Shown here piece after piece: positions 48,738-59,905 of a stretch of DNA of 64,000 nucleotides. Where the stretch lies: the NCBI GenBank assembly GCA_963746455.1, contig CAVVBA010000004.1:60631-124630 (forward strand). Reading direction: 5' to 3'. Numbering within the stretch: the stretch's first letter is position 1; every line of letters starts with the position of its first letter. The DNA is from Vulcanimicrobiota bacterium (GTDB taxonomy: Bacteria > Vulcanimicrobiota > Vulcanimicrobiia > Vulcanimicrobiales > Vulcanimicrobiaceae). Below the pieces are notes generated by a model, which worked only from the letters and a program-made list of their open reading frames with translations, searched no databases and had not been told where the DNA came from. Made by a program: the position numbers and the translations under genes.

Positions 48738-49094
48738 TTACTTAGAGCTGCGCGTTGCGTCTTCGATAGCGGCACGGAAATCGTCATGAACGAGAAGCGT
48801 GCGGTGCAAGCCGGTTACCTCGAAGATTTTGCGAATCTTTGAATTGTGTGGGACGATTACGTGCAGTCTTTCCCCAAGCTTTCGATTCGCGCCGACGAGC
48901 GCCGTAATGCCGGACGTATCAATATACGTGCACTCGCCGAACGCCACCAAGATAGGATTCGATGATCCTTCGCTCGCGCGATCGAGCACTTGACTGAGCT
49001 CGCTAGAGTTCGTGATATTCAGCTCGCCCAGGACGTGCACCAAGGTGAGCCTTCCAAGCGGCTCGACCATAAAGGGCGCAAACATCGTCGCCAT
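48738..49094 (-). CDS. STAS-domain anti-sigma-factor antagonist (RsbV/SpoIIAA-like)
   Basis: Intact 118-aa ORF. CTYIDTSGITALVG corresponds to the phosphorylatable Ser/Thr loop, and IFEVTGL is the C-terminal motif. Confidence 0.8.
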   Translation of the reverse strand: MATMFAPFMVEPLGRLTLVHVLGELNITNSSELSQVLDRASEGSSNPILVAFGECTYIDTSGITALVGANRKLGERLHVIVPHNSKIRKIFEVTGLHRTLLVHDDFRAAIEDATRSSK

Positions 49095-49218
49095 ACGAAA
49101 TGACCTCTTGGGAAAGATTGTACATCCGGGAAATTAGGCCTTGAGGCCGGGACGTTTGCCCGAAAGAATCATGGGGTACTTCTTCGCTTAATCGCACTGC
49201 GGGCGAGGAGGCCTTTCT

Positions 49219-49443
49219 ATGGACACGATCCGGCGCTACTCTTCATCGATAGCGGCCGCGACGACGGCTCTTGAAGAACTGGTCGTTTGTGAATGCGGAC
49301 ACACGATCGGAATCCACGACAGTATGGGTTGCCGGGCACTGCGTCCACGCACGTGCACGTGCTCGCGAGATCGCGGCTGGGTGCTCGACGCGGCAGTCGC
49401 GCGCTCGATCTCAGATCATCGCTCGGTCTTTCCAAAGAGTTAG
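49219..49443 (+). CDS. Hypothetical Cys/His-rich small protein (74 aa), weak call
   Basis: The ORF contains CECGH..GC..CTC spacing that suggests a zinc ribbon. No RBS or family support. Confidence 0.2.
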   Translation: MDTIRRYSSSIAAATTALEELVVCECGHTIGIHDSMGCRALRPRTCTCSRDRGWVLDAAVARSISDHRSVFPKS

Positions 49444-49545
49444 CAAGCGCTGGTTCCCAGCGTTTTCTACCCGGGCTCTAATTCTGAGTTAAAGCGCTAG
49501 CAACAAGCGCGCAGTACGATCGACACGTCAGACAGAGGAGTCCAC

Positions 49546-49890
49546 GTGTTCATTCGTACTGCCATCGCCGTGGCCGTCGCCGCAGCGGTTATACAAACCG
49601 GCGCCGCCTTCGCGCAAACGGCACCCCAACCGGCAGCACCGCCGGCTGCAACGCAACGTCATCATCATTCCGCGCTCTTCCGCGGATTAAATCTTTCAGC
49701 CGATCAAAAGACGCGGATCAAATCGATCCGGCAGAAGTATCGCGCGCAGAATCAGAGCATCACCGATCGCAGCCAGCGTCGCGAAAGCATGAAGGCGCAG
49801 CGGCAGGAAATCATGGCGGTACTGAATCCCGATCAGCGGGCCAAATTCCAGCAGCGCCTACAAACGATGCGTCAACGCCAGAAGCAGTAA
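49546..49890 (+). CDS. Spy/CpxP-family periplasmic protein (LTXXQ motifs)
   Basis: GAGGAG RBS and GTG start. Signal peptide MFIRTAIAVAVAAAVIQTGAAFA; LSADQ and LNPDQ motifs; basic helical body. Confidence 0.6.
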   Translation: MFIRTAIAVAVAAAVIQTGAAFAQTAPQPAAPPAATQRHHHSALFRGLNLSADQKTRIKSIRQKYRAQNQSITDRSQRRESMKAQRQEIMAVLNPDQRAKFQQRLQTMRQRQKQ

Positions 49891-49891
49891 G

Positions 49892-50696
49892 CTAGCCTAA
49901 CGTGCCCGCGATGCGCGTCGCTTCGGCGATTGCGCGCGCGAGCACGGAGCGGATCTTTCCGTCTTCTAGAACCAAAAGCGCACCGATCGTGCACCCGGCC
50001 GGAGTCGTGACGTCGTCACGCATAGCTGCCGGGTGCCGTTCGCTCTCTTGCACCATCTTTGAGGCTCCGAGAACCGTCTGCGCGACGAGTTCGCGCGCGA
50101 CGTCACGGGGGAGGCCCACGCTCACGCCCGCATCCGCGAGCGCTTCGATAATAAGGAAGACATAGGCCGGGCCGCAGCCGCTAATGGCGGTGACGGCATT
50201 GAGATGATGCTCGGCAAGCTCGATGCAGCGTCCGACGGATTTGAAGATGTCCGTCGCTTCTGATATCTGATCTTTGGTGACGTGACGTCCGCGCGCAATC
50301 ACGGTCATCCCCTCGCTCACGAGCGCGGGCACATTGGGCATCGCGCGAATTACGGCGACCTCGTCGCCGATCGCACGCTCGAGGGCGGCGATCGGGACGC
50401 CCGCCGCGACCGAGATGACGAGCGCGTGTTTCTTGAGCCCAGCTTTACGTAGCCGTTCGAGCGTGGCGTCGGCTTGCGCCGGCTTGACGCAGACGAGAAT
50501 GACGTCGGTTTCCGGTACGAGTTCATCGTATTCGTCGGTTGCCGTAATCGAAAAATCGCGTTCGATGCGCGCCGCCGATTGCGGCGTGCGCGTTGCGGCC
50601 CAAATCTTGAACGGAGCCGAGCCGGATTGCAGGCCGCGCAACAGCGCTTGGCCTATCGCGCCCGCGCCGACGATCCCGAGCGTCCTTTTTCTTCAT
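49892..50696 (-). CDS. proC: Pyrroline-5-carboxylate reductase
   Basis: ORF 49892-50641 plus the N-terminus MKK..TLGIVGAGAIGQALL, which is reached only by a 1-nt correction in the A5/T5 run at 50686-50690. Also MPNVPALV and TTPAGCTI motifs. Confidence 0.85.
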
Positions 50697-50742
50697 GCGA
50701 ACGTATCTCTTCGCGGTTTGCAAGGACGTTCCGTTTGTGAAC

Positions 50743-52923
50743 ATGAAGCGCCGAAACGCGTGGGGACTGGCCTCGGGATACGCATCGGTATCGACGTCGG
50801 CGGTACGTTTACTGATGCCGTTGCAATCGACGCGACCTCGCTGGAATTGATCGGTCACGTCAAGGTCCCGACGACGCATCGTTCGCCGCAGGGCGTAGCG
50901 GGCGGAATCATCGAGGCGCTGCAGCGTTTGCTCGCGGCGCACAACCTGCAAGCTTCCGACGTGCGCTACATTTCGCATGGCACGACGCAAGCGACGAATG
51001 CGCTGCTCGAAGGCGACGTCGCGCTGGTCGGAATCGTCGGAATCGGCGGCGGCGTGGAAGGCTTGCGGGCCCGCTCGCAGACGTTCATCAAGCCGATCGA
51101 ACTCGCGCCCGGGACGTATCTGCGTTCGATCGCGTGAGTTTCTTGCGACGTCAGCACCGAGCGCAGCGGACGCCGATCGTGCAATCCGTGCGCTGCTCGG
51201 CGCAGGGTGCGGGCGTGATCGTTGCGAGCGGCTTGTACAGCGTCGACGATCCGAGCGGCCGAAGACACGATCACCGAAGCTGCGCGACGCGCCGGCGTGC
51301 CGGCGGCCGCGGCGCACGAGATCAGCAAACTTTACGGTTTGCGAACGCGAACGCGAACCGCCGTCATCAACGCATCGATCCTGCCGCGCATGATCGAAAC
51401 GGCGAACAGCGTCGAATCGAGCGTTTCCGCTGCGGGAATCACCTCGCCGCTGATGATCATGCGCGGTGATGGCGGGCGTCATGCGAATCGATCAGCTGCG
51501 CAGCCGCCCGATTCTGACGCTGGTCTCCGGGCCGGCCGCCGGCGTTGCGGGCGCGCTCATGTACGAGCGCGTTTCGGATGCAATATTCTTGGAAGTCGGC
51601 GGGACGAGCGTCGACATCTGCGGCGATTCGCGACGGCCGCGTCCAAGTGCGATACGCGACGCTCGGCGGTCACCGGACGTTTTTGCAGTCGCTCGACGTG
51701 CGTTCGATCGGCATCGGCGGCGGATCGATGGTGCGCGTTCGCAACGGAAAGATCGACGTCGGCCCGCGCAGCGCGCACATCGCGGGACTCGACTATGCGG
51801 TGTATGCATCTGCGGGCGCGTGCGAGGGCGCGCGATGCGATCGAATTCCGTCCGTTGCCGTCCGATCCCGAAGATTATGTTGCCGTTGATGCGGCGGGCG
51901 GGCGCTTCGCCCTGACGCTCTCGTGCGCGGCAAACATCGCGGGCTTTGTGGACGAAAATGATTGGGCGCGCGGGAGACGCTGGAAACGCGCGCGTCCGCG
52001 TTTCTGCCGCTTGCGCAGCGCTTCGGATGCTCGGTCGAGGATCTTGCGCGCATGGTCATCGATGCTGCGGTTGCAAAGACGCGTTCGACCGTCGAGGGCC
52101 TCGCTGCCGATTACGGTCTCGACCTTAAGGCGAATGGTGCTCGTCGGCGGCGGCGGCGGCGCGAGCCGCGCTCGTTCCGGCGCTTGCAAAGTCGCTCGGC
52201 TGCGAATTCCGTATCGCGCGAAACGCGCACGTCATCTCTCCGATCGGGGTCGCGCTCGCGCTCGTGCGTGACGTCGTCGAGCGGATGATCCCGAATCCGA
52301 CTGCTGAGGATATCGCGCAGCTGCGCGCGGAAGCGGAAGATGCGGCCGTCGCGGCCGGTGCTGCGCGCGAAAGCGTCGAGGTCGACGTCAGCGTCGATTC
52401 GCAGCGCAATATCGTGCGCGCGGCGGCGAGCGGAGCGACGGAGCTGCGCACGCGCGATCTTCGCCGCGCCGAAGCCGGCGAAGACGAGCGGCGCACGATC
52501 GCAGCCGAATCGATGCGCACGGCACCCGACGCTCTCTTGAGCTGGCGGCGAGCACGCCGCAGTTTTCCGTGTACACGACGCGCGTCAAGCCGTCGGGTTT
52601 GCTCCGCTATTTTGGATCGGTGAAGGATCCCGTGCGAGTCGTGGACCGCGAAGGCGTGATTCGCCTGCGCGTCCCACATGCGCGCATCGTCCCGACGACG
52701 ATCGCGCAAGCCGAAGACGAGCTGCGCGATATTCTGGATACGTTGACCTCATACGGTGATGCCGGTAAGATGCTGCCGGCGCTGCATTTGCTCTTGCGCG
52801 ACCGGATCGTCAATCTTGAGCGGGATGGTCGATCCGGAGCTCGTCGTCACGATCGCATCCGACCATTTGCGCGCGATGGCCGCCACCGAGCCCGGCGTCA
52901 TCGTCGCCGAGCATCGCGCGTGA
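50743..52923 (+). CDS. Hydantoinase/oxoprolinase-family (HyuA-like, ASKHA fold) protein
   Basis: [12 protein letters not shown] then [17 protein letters not shown] (in 50334-51137). It continues through 51222-52271, 51466-51915, 52264-52623 and 52569-... to TGA 52921-52923. About 6 frame changes. Substrate unknown. Confidence 0.6.
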
Positions 52924-53276
52924 ACGCGCGCGCACTCGCCAAACGTTTGGGCGCCCGGATCGTCGAGCGCCGCGGTGGGATCGGCGAAGACCGCTGGGTC
53001 ATGTCTGAATTCAATCCACGCGACAAGACGATCGTGATCTATCTCGATACGCTCGAGCTGCTCTCCGAGCTCGTGATCACGAGCGATTTGCCGTTCGATC
53101 CCGAGCATCTCGATGAGATCGCGATCGCACACGAGTGCTTTCATATGATTTCGGGAAGCGCGCACGGTCCGCAGGGTGAAGAGGACGCGCACAAATTCGC
53201 GCGCGAGCTTCTCGATCTGCCCGCGTCGCCGGAATTACTCAACGAGCTCTTGAGCCGTCAATCGGGTAGGCAGTGA
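52920..53276 (+). CDS. Small hypothetical protein with HExxH motif (possible minimal metallopeptidase-like protein)
   Basis: GTGA overlap with the upstream stop. In frame within ORF 52569-53276. Motif IAIAHECFHMISG followed by EEDAHKFAREL. Confidence 0.4.
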   Translation: MNARALAKRLGARIVERRGGIGEDRWVMSEFNPRDKTIVIYLDTLELLSELVITSDLPFDPEHLDEIAIAHECFHMISGSAHGPQGEEDAHKFARELLDLPASPELLNELLSRQSGRQ

Positions 53277-53282
53277 GCGGGA

Positions 53283-54564
53283 GTGTTGCTGCTCGCCGCT
53301 ATGGCCGTCTTCGTCGTTCTCATGATGACGAAGAAACTTGCGACGCCGCTCGCACTGATGGCGCTCGCGGTGATCATCGGCATCATCCTCGGGATTCCGT
53401 GGATCGGGAAGCCGGACGACAGCATTCTCGGCGGCATCGTCGCAAGCGGCGCGACGGCGCTCGCGGCGACGATCGTCGCGGTCGTATTCGGCAGCTGGCT
53501 CGGTGCCGTGATGGACGAAACCGGCATCGCGCAAACGCTCGTGCGCAAAGCCGTTGAGCTCGGGTGGCGATCGTCCGTACGCGGTCGCGTTCGCGGTCTG
53601 GTTCGTCGCGATCTTCGTCGGCACGGTGACCGGAAGCGCGCCCGCGGCAATCCTCGTCGGATTGATCGGCATTCCGGCGATGCTTGCGGCCGGCGTTCCA
53701 CGCACGGTCGCCGCCTCGACCGTCGTCGTCGGCCTTGTGGTGCGGCAATCCGCTGCAATTGCAAACCTGGAAATATCTCTCGCAAGCGATGGGCGTGCCG
53801 CAAGCCGACGTGGTCGGATTCTTAGTGCGCTATTTCCCGATCGTCCTCATCGGCGGTCTGTCGTTCTTGTTCGTGCAATCGCGGATTTCAGGCCGCGTCT
53901 ACAATTGGGCCGTAGCCGCTCCGCGAAAGACGTCAGGTCGCGTACCGCACCCTGGTACGCGCTGATCACGCCGGCGATTCCGATTGCGCTCGTTCTCGGG
54001 AGCGCCGCCTTCGGGATTTCGTTCGACGTGATCCCGGCGCTCATCATCGGAATCTTGTACGGAGTGCTCACGACGCGCCCGCGCGCATTCAACGAGGTCA
54101 TGCTGAAGACGGCGTATCGCGGTCTCGAATTGGCGGCCGCGCCGATGTATCTCTTCATCGTGATCGGCATGTTGCTGACGGCGGTGCGTATGCCCGGCAT
54201 CGTGGATGCGCTGCATCCGATCGTCAGTGCGATCGCGCCGCACAATCCGTGGGTGTACGCGATCGGATTCGGATTGCTCGCGCCGCTCGCGCTCTATCGC
54301 GGCCCGCTCAACATCGTCGGGATGGGCGTCGGTATTGCGGGCGTGTTGCTGGCGCTCGGAACATATCCGGCGCTGCTCGTGCTTGGGACGTTCGCGTCGA
54401 TCAACGGGATCGTCGGAGTCTCCGATCCGACCGGAACGCAAACGGTGTGGAGCGCGGAATATGCCGGCGTTCGTCCCGAGGACGTGATGCGCCAAACGCT
54501 GCCGTTCACATGGGCGACCGCATTCGCCGGCGTCGTGCTCGCCGTGCTGCTGTACTTGCGCTAA
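53283..54564 (+). CDS. Ion-transporter-superfamily permease (GntP/citrate-transporter-like)
   Basis: Fragments 53283-53825, 53554-54564 and others; about 10-12 hydrophobic segments. The family call is from general resemblance only. Confidence 0.5.
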
Positions 54565-56270
54565 ACGGCGCGGATCGTTCGGTAACGGGCTTGCCAGGTC
54601 GCGGTCGTCGACGGCGTGCGCGAGATCGGTGATCTGCGCGCGTACGAGTCCTTCGCGCGCGGCTTGCTCGCCGACCGCGATCGCGACTGCGCGTGAAACT
54701 TCCCGCAACGTCGAGACGGGCGGAAGAATCGCGGCACCGAGCGTCGAGGCATCGACCATGTCGGCAAGCGCGCTTGCCGCAGCGACGAACATCGCGTCGC
54801 TGATGACGCGCGCGCGCGTCACGATCGCGCCAAGGCCAAGACCCGGAAAGATGATTGCGTTGTTGGCTTGCCCGATCGTGTATGAAATGCCGTCGTGCAA
54901 AACGGGATCGAACGGACTGCCCGTCGCGATCAGCGCGCGTCCCTCAGTCCACTCGATCAGATTCTTCCGGGACTGCTTCGGAAAGCGCGGTCGGATTCGA
55001 AAGCGGCAGGATGATCGGTCGCGGCGTACCCTGCGCCATCTCGCGGACGACTTCTGCGGTAAACGCGCCGGTTTGGCCGGAGCAGCCGACCAAAACCGTC
55101 GGGTGAACGCGCCGCACGACTTCGGCAAGCATGATTCCGCGCTCCGGATCGGCGGTCCAACCGCGCACGTCGTCCGGCGCTGCGCGCAAAGGGCGCTTGA
55201 AAATCGCGAATGTCCGGCATGCCCTGGACGAGCAAACCGTTCCGATCGATGCACCAGAAGCTGCGCGCCGCTTCCTCGTAGCGAGACGCCCTGCGTTGCG
55301 ATCGCGCGCCGAATCAGATCGGCGATGCCGATCCCGGCCGTTCCGGAGCCGAAGATCACGATGCGTTCGTCGCGCAGGCGTCCGCCCGTTACTTTGAGCG
55401 CGGAGAGAATCGCCGCCAGCACGACGCCGGCCGTGCCTTGGATGTCGTCGTTGAACGTGCACAGCTGCGTGCGATACTGATCGAGGATCCAGCGCGCATT
55501 CGACGCTGCGAAATCTTCCCAATGTAAGAGCGCGTTGGGAAAGAGACGATGTGCGGTTTGGACGTAGCGATCGATGAAAGCTTGGTAGAGCGCGCCGCGC
55601 TCGCGTGGATGCCGGTACCCGAGATACAGCGGGTCTTCCATCAAGGACGCATTGTCGGTGCCGACGTCAAGCATGACGGGATCACGCGCGTCGGATCGAT
55701 CCCGGCGGCTGCCGTGTAGACGGCGAGCTTGCCGATACAGATGTCGATGCCGCCGACGCCCCAATCACCGATTCCGAGAATCGCTTCGGCATCGGTTGCG
55801 ACGAGCAGATCGATGTCATCGCTCGACGCGCCGGCGTTGCGCAGCGATTCTTCGAGCAATTCGGGATGCTCGATCGAGAGAAACACGCCGCGCGGGCGTT
55901 GATAGCGCCGGCTATACTGTTGAATCGCGGTTCCGACCGTCGGCGTATAGACGATCGGGAACATCTCGACGACGTGTTTTTCGAACAAGTAGAAGAACAG
56001 TGTCTCATTGCGGTCTTGCAGCGCCGCGAGAAATTGGTTTTTCGCGAGATCGTTCGGCAGCCCGCGATACATGTCGTACAAACGATCGGCTTGCGCTTCG
56101 ATCGAGACAACGGCCGGCGGAAGCAGTCCGGTGAATCCGAGCGCAGCGCGCTCGGCGTTCGTGAATGCCGTCCCTTTGTTGATCGCCGGGAAATGCAGAA
56201 CGTCCGAGCCGCGCGCGGAGATCTCGAATTCTCCGCGAGCATTCGTTGTATACGGTCGGACTGCTGGCAC
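54561..56270 (-). CDS. NAD(P)-dependent malic enzyme (large, eukaryotic-type)
   Basis: AGGGAG RBS and GTG at 56270. Reads FPAINKGTAFT, VYTPTVG, VATDAEAILGIGDWGVGG, CTFNDDIQGTAGV, FGSGTAGIGIA. The tail ATWQARYRTIRAV ends at 54561. About 4 frame changes. Confidence 0.85.
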
Positions 56271-56278
56271 CTCGCTCC

Positions 56279-57367
56279 CTACGAGACGCTGGCGGCGATT
56301 GCCTTGAGCTCCTTCAGATCGAGATCGCCGACCAAAGCGAAGGTCAAGCCGGAATTCTTCCACGACAAAAACGTCGTCGAGCCGTCGTTGACGTAGAGCG
56401 CGTCGCGGTTCTCGATTTTGGTGGCGACCGGTTTCATGTGTCCGTAATCGGCGGTTGCGTTCGTGGCGTTCTCGAATAGCGAGAGCGAGCGTATGCCATC
56501 GGAATACATCAGGTGCAGGGTCTTCACGCCCTTGAGCGTCGTTACGTCCGCGCTGACGACCGTAAAGCCTTCAGGCAGATAGCGTGGACTTGCCGGCGTG
56601 AATCCCGCGTCTTTGACGACGCGCTCGATGTCGCTCGCATTCGCCGTCGGCGCATGGTTCTCGATGACGTGATAGCCCGCCGGGATTGGGGTCGCAAAGA
56701 GCGTCGGCGGCATCGCTTGCGTGTAGCGAACGTTTTCGAATTGCATGCGCGAGTCGATCGTCCCATCCGCGTGGTACGTTTCTTTTTGAAGGATCAAACG
56801 CGTTTGCGCATCGATCCAAACGCGCATCACGCGCACGCCGGTAAACCGGTTGACGAGCGCGCACGGGATGGTCGGACGGCCTGCCACGATTTCGGGCGAG
56901 GTGATGACTGGGCGATAGTTCGCCAAGAGTAGCGCGAGATTTCCGTTCGTGATCGTCTGCGCGTCTCTGCGCCGGGCCGTGCGAAATAACGACGCGCTGA
57001 TGCTGCGCGTCGTATGAGAACGTCTCGGCCCCGTGAATGATGACGCTGTCGCCGTACATATCTTCGGGCGCGATGTAGAGCTTGTGGGTTTGGTCGGGCG
57101 CAAGGTGCTCTTCGCGTGCGATCGTTGCGACGGCGCCGGAAGGGCCGAAATGGATCGACTGCACTTGCGCCATGTACGAGATCGCTTGACGCGCGTGCAT
57201 AGCGTCGCTCAGCAGCTCGGTCGCGCGCGCGTCATCTTGACTCGAATTGCGTGACGGAGGCGCTGGGGCTGGGCACCGGCGTGGCACCGTCGGCGTGAAG
57301 AAGCTGCCGCGACGAACGCAGCTAGTGCGGTAACATATGCGAACGCTAATTCTCTAGCGCGGCGCAT
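56279..57367 (-). CDS. MucB/RseB-like periplasmic sigma-E regulatory protein
   Basis: ATG overlaps the anti-sigma stop (TGATG). Signal-like MRRARELAFAYVTALAAFVAAA. Fragments 56571-57287 and 56279-57103. C-terminal pattern DGIRSLSLFEN..LVGDLDLKELKAIAASV. Confidence 0.55.
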
Positions 57368-57856
57368 CAACGGCTTGAATCACCGGTACGCCGTCGTTCG
57401 TCGAGTTCAAGCGACGACAAGATGACTGCGCTCCGGTCACCAAGCGGGTTCTCTTGTGCGCGTACGTCGTGCTCTTGCAAGTAGTAGCTGACAGGAAGCG
57501 CAGCGCTGGGTGACGTCGGCGGTGACAAGACAGGCGTGAGGAAGAATGTGCCCGCAGCGACTGCGGCCGCGAACGGAACGATCACGATCGGACGCAAGAA
57601 GCGCCGCAGAACTTGCCAAGGACTCGGCTGCAAGTCGGCAATGCGTGCCATGATCGCGCTTTGCATCCCGAGCGGAAGCTCGAGCTCTTCGGCGCGCGCG
57701 ATCGCAGCGCAGCCGGTCGGTTATCGTGGCCTCGACGTTGAGCTCCAGTTTGCACTCTTCACACGCTTCGAGGTGTGCGAGCACGCGAGCGTCGTCGGCG
57801 GGTCCGAGCTCGTGATGGAGATAGTCGATGAGTAGATCGCTCGTGAGGTGTTGCAT
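57367..57856 (-). CDS. Anti-sigma factor, zinc-finger (zf-HC2) type, single TM
   Basis: ATG overlaps the sigma stop (TAATG). HLEACEEC matches the Hx3Cx2C motif. After a frame change near 57690 comes the TM segment IVIVPFAAAVAAGTFFLTPVL. Confidence 0.7.
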
Positions 57857-58461
57857 TATGGTGATTGGAGACGCTCGTTTTCTTGTAGGAGCAACCGTCG
57901 AAGCAGCGCGCGAGCACGATGAAGCCGAGACCGCACGGTCCCGATCGAACACCCCATTATGTCCGCGATTTCCTGGTAGCTGTATTCCTCGATGTCGGCT
58001 AGGATGATCACTTGTCGTTGGTCCTGCGAAAGCTTCCGCAGAGACCGTGACAGCGGTTCGGAGAGTTGCCTCTCGACGTACTCCTCGATGGTGTCGACGG
58101 CAAGCGGGCGCTGGCCACCGAACTCCTGGGGAGCGTTGTCTTCAGGTATCTCCTCTTGGAAACGTCCCTTTCGGCGTCTTAGTTCGTCGCGATAGAGGTT
58201 TGTGACGATTCTGTAGATCCAGGAGAGGAACGAGGTGCCCGGTTGGAACGACCGCCAAGCCCGGTAGACGCGGATAAAGGCTTCCTGCGTAAGGTCGCGC
58301 GCGTCCGGTTCGTTCCCGACGAGGCGGTAAGCGAAGTTATAGGTCGCCTTCCCGTACTGCGCAATGGCCCGCTCGACGAAGGCCGTCTGCTCAGCCGACG
58401 GGGGCTCTGGCGGCTTTCGGGGCTCTCCCACGGTCAGCCTGATTCTGGGGTCCGAGAACAC
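57856..58461 (-). CDS. ECF (group 4) RNA polymerase sigma factor
   Basis: Intact 201-aa ORF. Region 2 DLTQEAFIRVYRAW..FLSWIYRIVTN and region 4 YQEIADIMGCSIGTVRSRLHRAR. Confidence 0.85.
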   Translation of the reverse strand: MFSDPRIRLTVGEPRKPPEPPSAEQTAFVERAIAQYGKATYNFAYRLVGNEPDARDLTQEAFIRVYRAWRSFQPGTSFLSWIYRIVTNLYRDELRRRKGRFQEEIPEDNAPQEFGGQRPLAVDTIEEYVERQLSEPLSRSLRKLSQDQRQVIILADIEEYSYQEIADIMGCSIGTVRSRLHRARALLRRLLLQENERLQSP

Positions 58462-58561
58462 GCCCCCTCGGTCCGACAGGGGCTCCCGTCATGCGGGTAC
58501 GAACTGCAAGACCCCCCTAGCCGCCCCGATTTGGCGGCTTCTCCGTCCTTAGAAGCAGGCC

Positions 58562-59110
58562 ATGATTTCGACGAGAGTTCCGCTAGAAAACAGCAATACG
58601 GTCAGCTCGATCGTCTCGCTCTTAGTGCGCTTTCCCGAGATCTCGTCGCTGTGGTCGCATCCCACCGACGGAACGCTGCGGCTCACGTACGTCGTCGCAC
58701 GACGGCTTGCCAAACCAGAGCAGCGCGAGCTCGCCGCAATTCTCGACGATCACGTTCGCGCGTTCGTCGCGCTCGAAGGTCGCGACGTCAACACCATCGG
58801 CGTCCGATGCGAGACCGACAATGCGGTCACGTTCATGCACTGCACGCGCGATTCAGCGTCCTTCACGCGCGAAGAGCTGCTGTTGCAGATCGGCGTGCTC
58901 AGCGCACGTTACGGCGACGCGCTCGTCAAGAATCCTGTCGAGGAACAAGACGAAGAAAGTGCGGAGCTCGAGGACGAACAGGTCGAGCACGCGATCGACG
59001 CGATGCGCGATCCGGATCAAAAGCGTTCGCTTGTCGGATATCGCGACGAGCGGCGCGTAATGGTATACTTCGTAAAGAATCGGAAAGCAAAGGCTCCGGC
59101 TCGCAGATAA
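58562..59110 (+). CDS. Hypothetical protein (182 aa)
   Basis: Intact ORF with normal composition, immediately upstream of ymdB. No family recognised. Confidence 0.45.
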   Translation: MISTRVPLENSNTVSSIVSLLVRFPEISSLWSHPTDGTLRLTYVVARRLAKPEQRELAAILDDHVRAFVALEGRDVNTIGVRCETDNAVTFMHCTRDSASFTREELLLQIGVLSARYGDALVKNPVEEQDEESAELEDEQVEHAIDAMRDPDQKRSLVGYRDERRVMVYFVKNRKAKAPARR

Positions 59111-59905
59111 ACAACCCGCTCAACATTCTCGTTATCGGCGATGTCGTCGGCTCACCCGGCCGCGAGACGCTGAAGCGTTGCCTGCGGCTGACGCGCGAGC
59201 AGCATAAAATTCATCTCTGCATCGCCAACGGCGAAAATGCTGCGGGCGGATTCGGCTTGACGGTTCCGACCGCGGAAGAGATGTTCGGCTCCGGCGTGGA
59301 CGTGATTACGAGCGGCAATCACATTTGGGACAAGCGCGAGTTTCGCGCGCATCTCGATGAATCCGATCGCATCATCCGTCCGGCGAATTATCCGCCCGGC
59401 ACGCCGGGGCGCGGATCGACGACGATCGACGTCGACGGCGTTCGCGTCGGCGTTCTCAATCTGATGGGGCGCGTGTTCATGCCGACCGTGGACGATCCGT
59501 TTCGCGTCGGCCGGGAGCACGTCGACGAGCTGCGTGCATGAAACGCCGATCATCATCGTCGACATGCACGCGGAAGCGACGTCGGAGAAAATGGCGATCG
59601 CTCGCTTCTTCGATGGACAAGTAAGCTTCGTCTACGGTACGCACACGCACGTGCAGACGGCAGACGATCAAATATTCTCCGGTGGGACAGCATATCTCAG
59701 CGACGTCGGGATGACCGGACCGACTGAAGGCGTGATCGGAATGGAGGCGGGCGGAGTAATCGATCGCTTCACTTCGGCGTTTTCAGAACGGTTCAATGTG
59801 GAGAAGGGAGGTTTGAAGCAATTTTGTGCGGCGGTCGTGGCGATCGACCGCACAAACGGCAAGGCCCTCGAAATCAAACGCATCTTTCTCCGAGGGATAG
59901 CATGA
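59101..59905 (+). CDS. ymdB: YmdB-family metallophosphoesterase (2',3'-cyclic-nucleotide phosphodiesterase-like)
   Basis: LNILVIGDVVGSPGRE..ANGENAAGGFG..TSGNHIWD (frame of 58243-59541) joins 59534-59905 (DMHAEATSEK..GTHTHVQTAD). Start codon not resolved. Confidence 0.8.
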
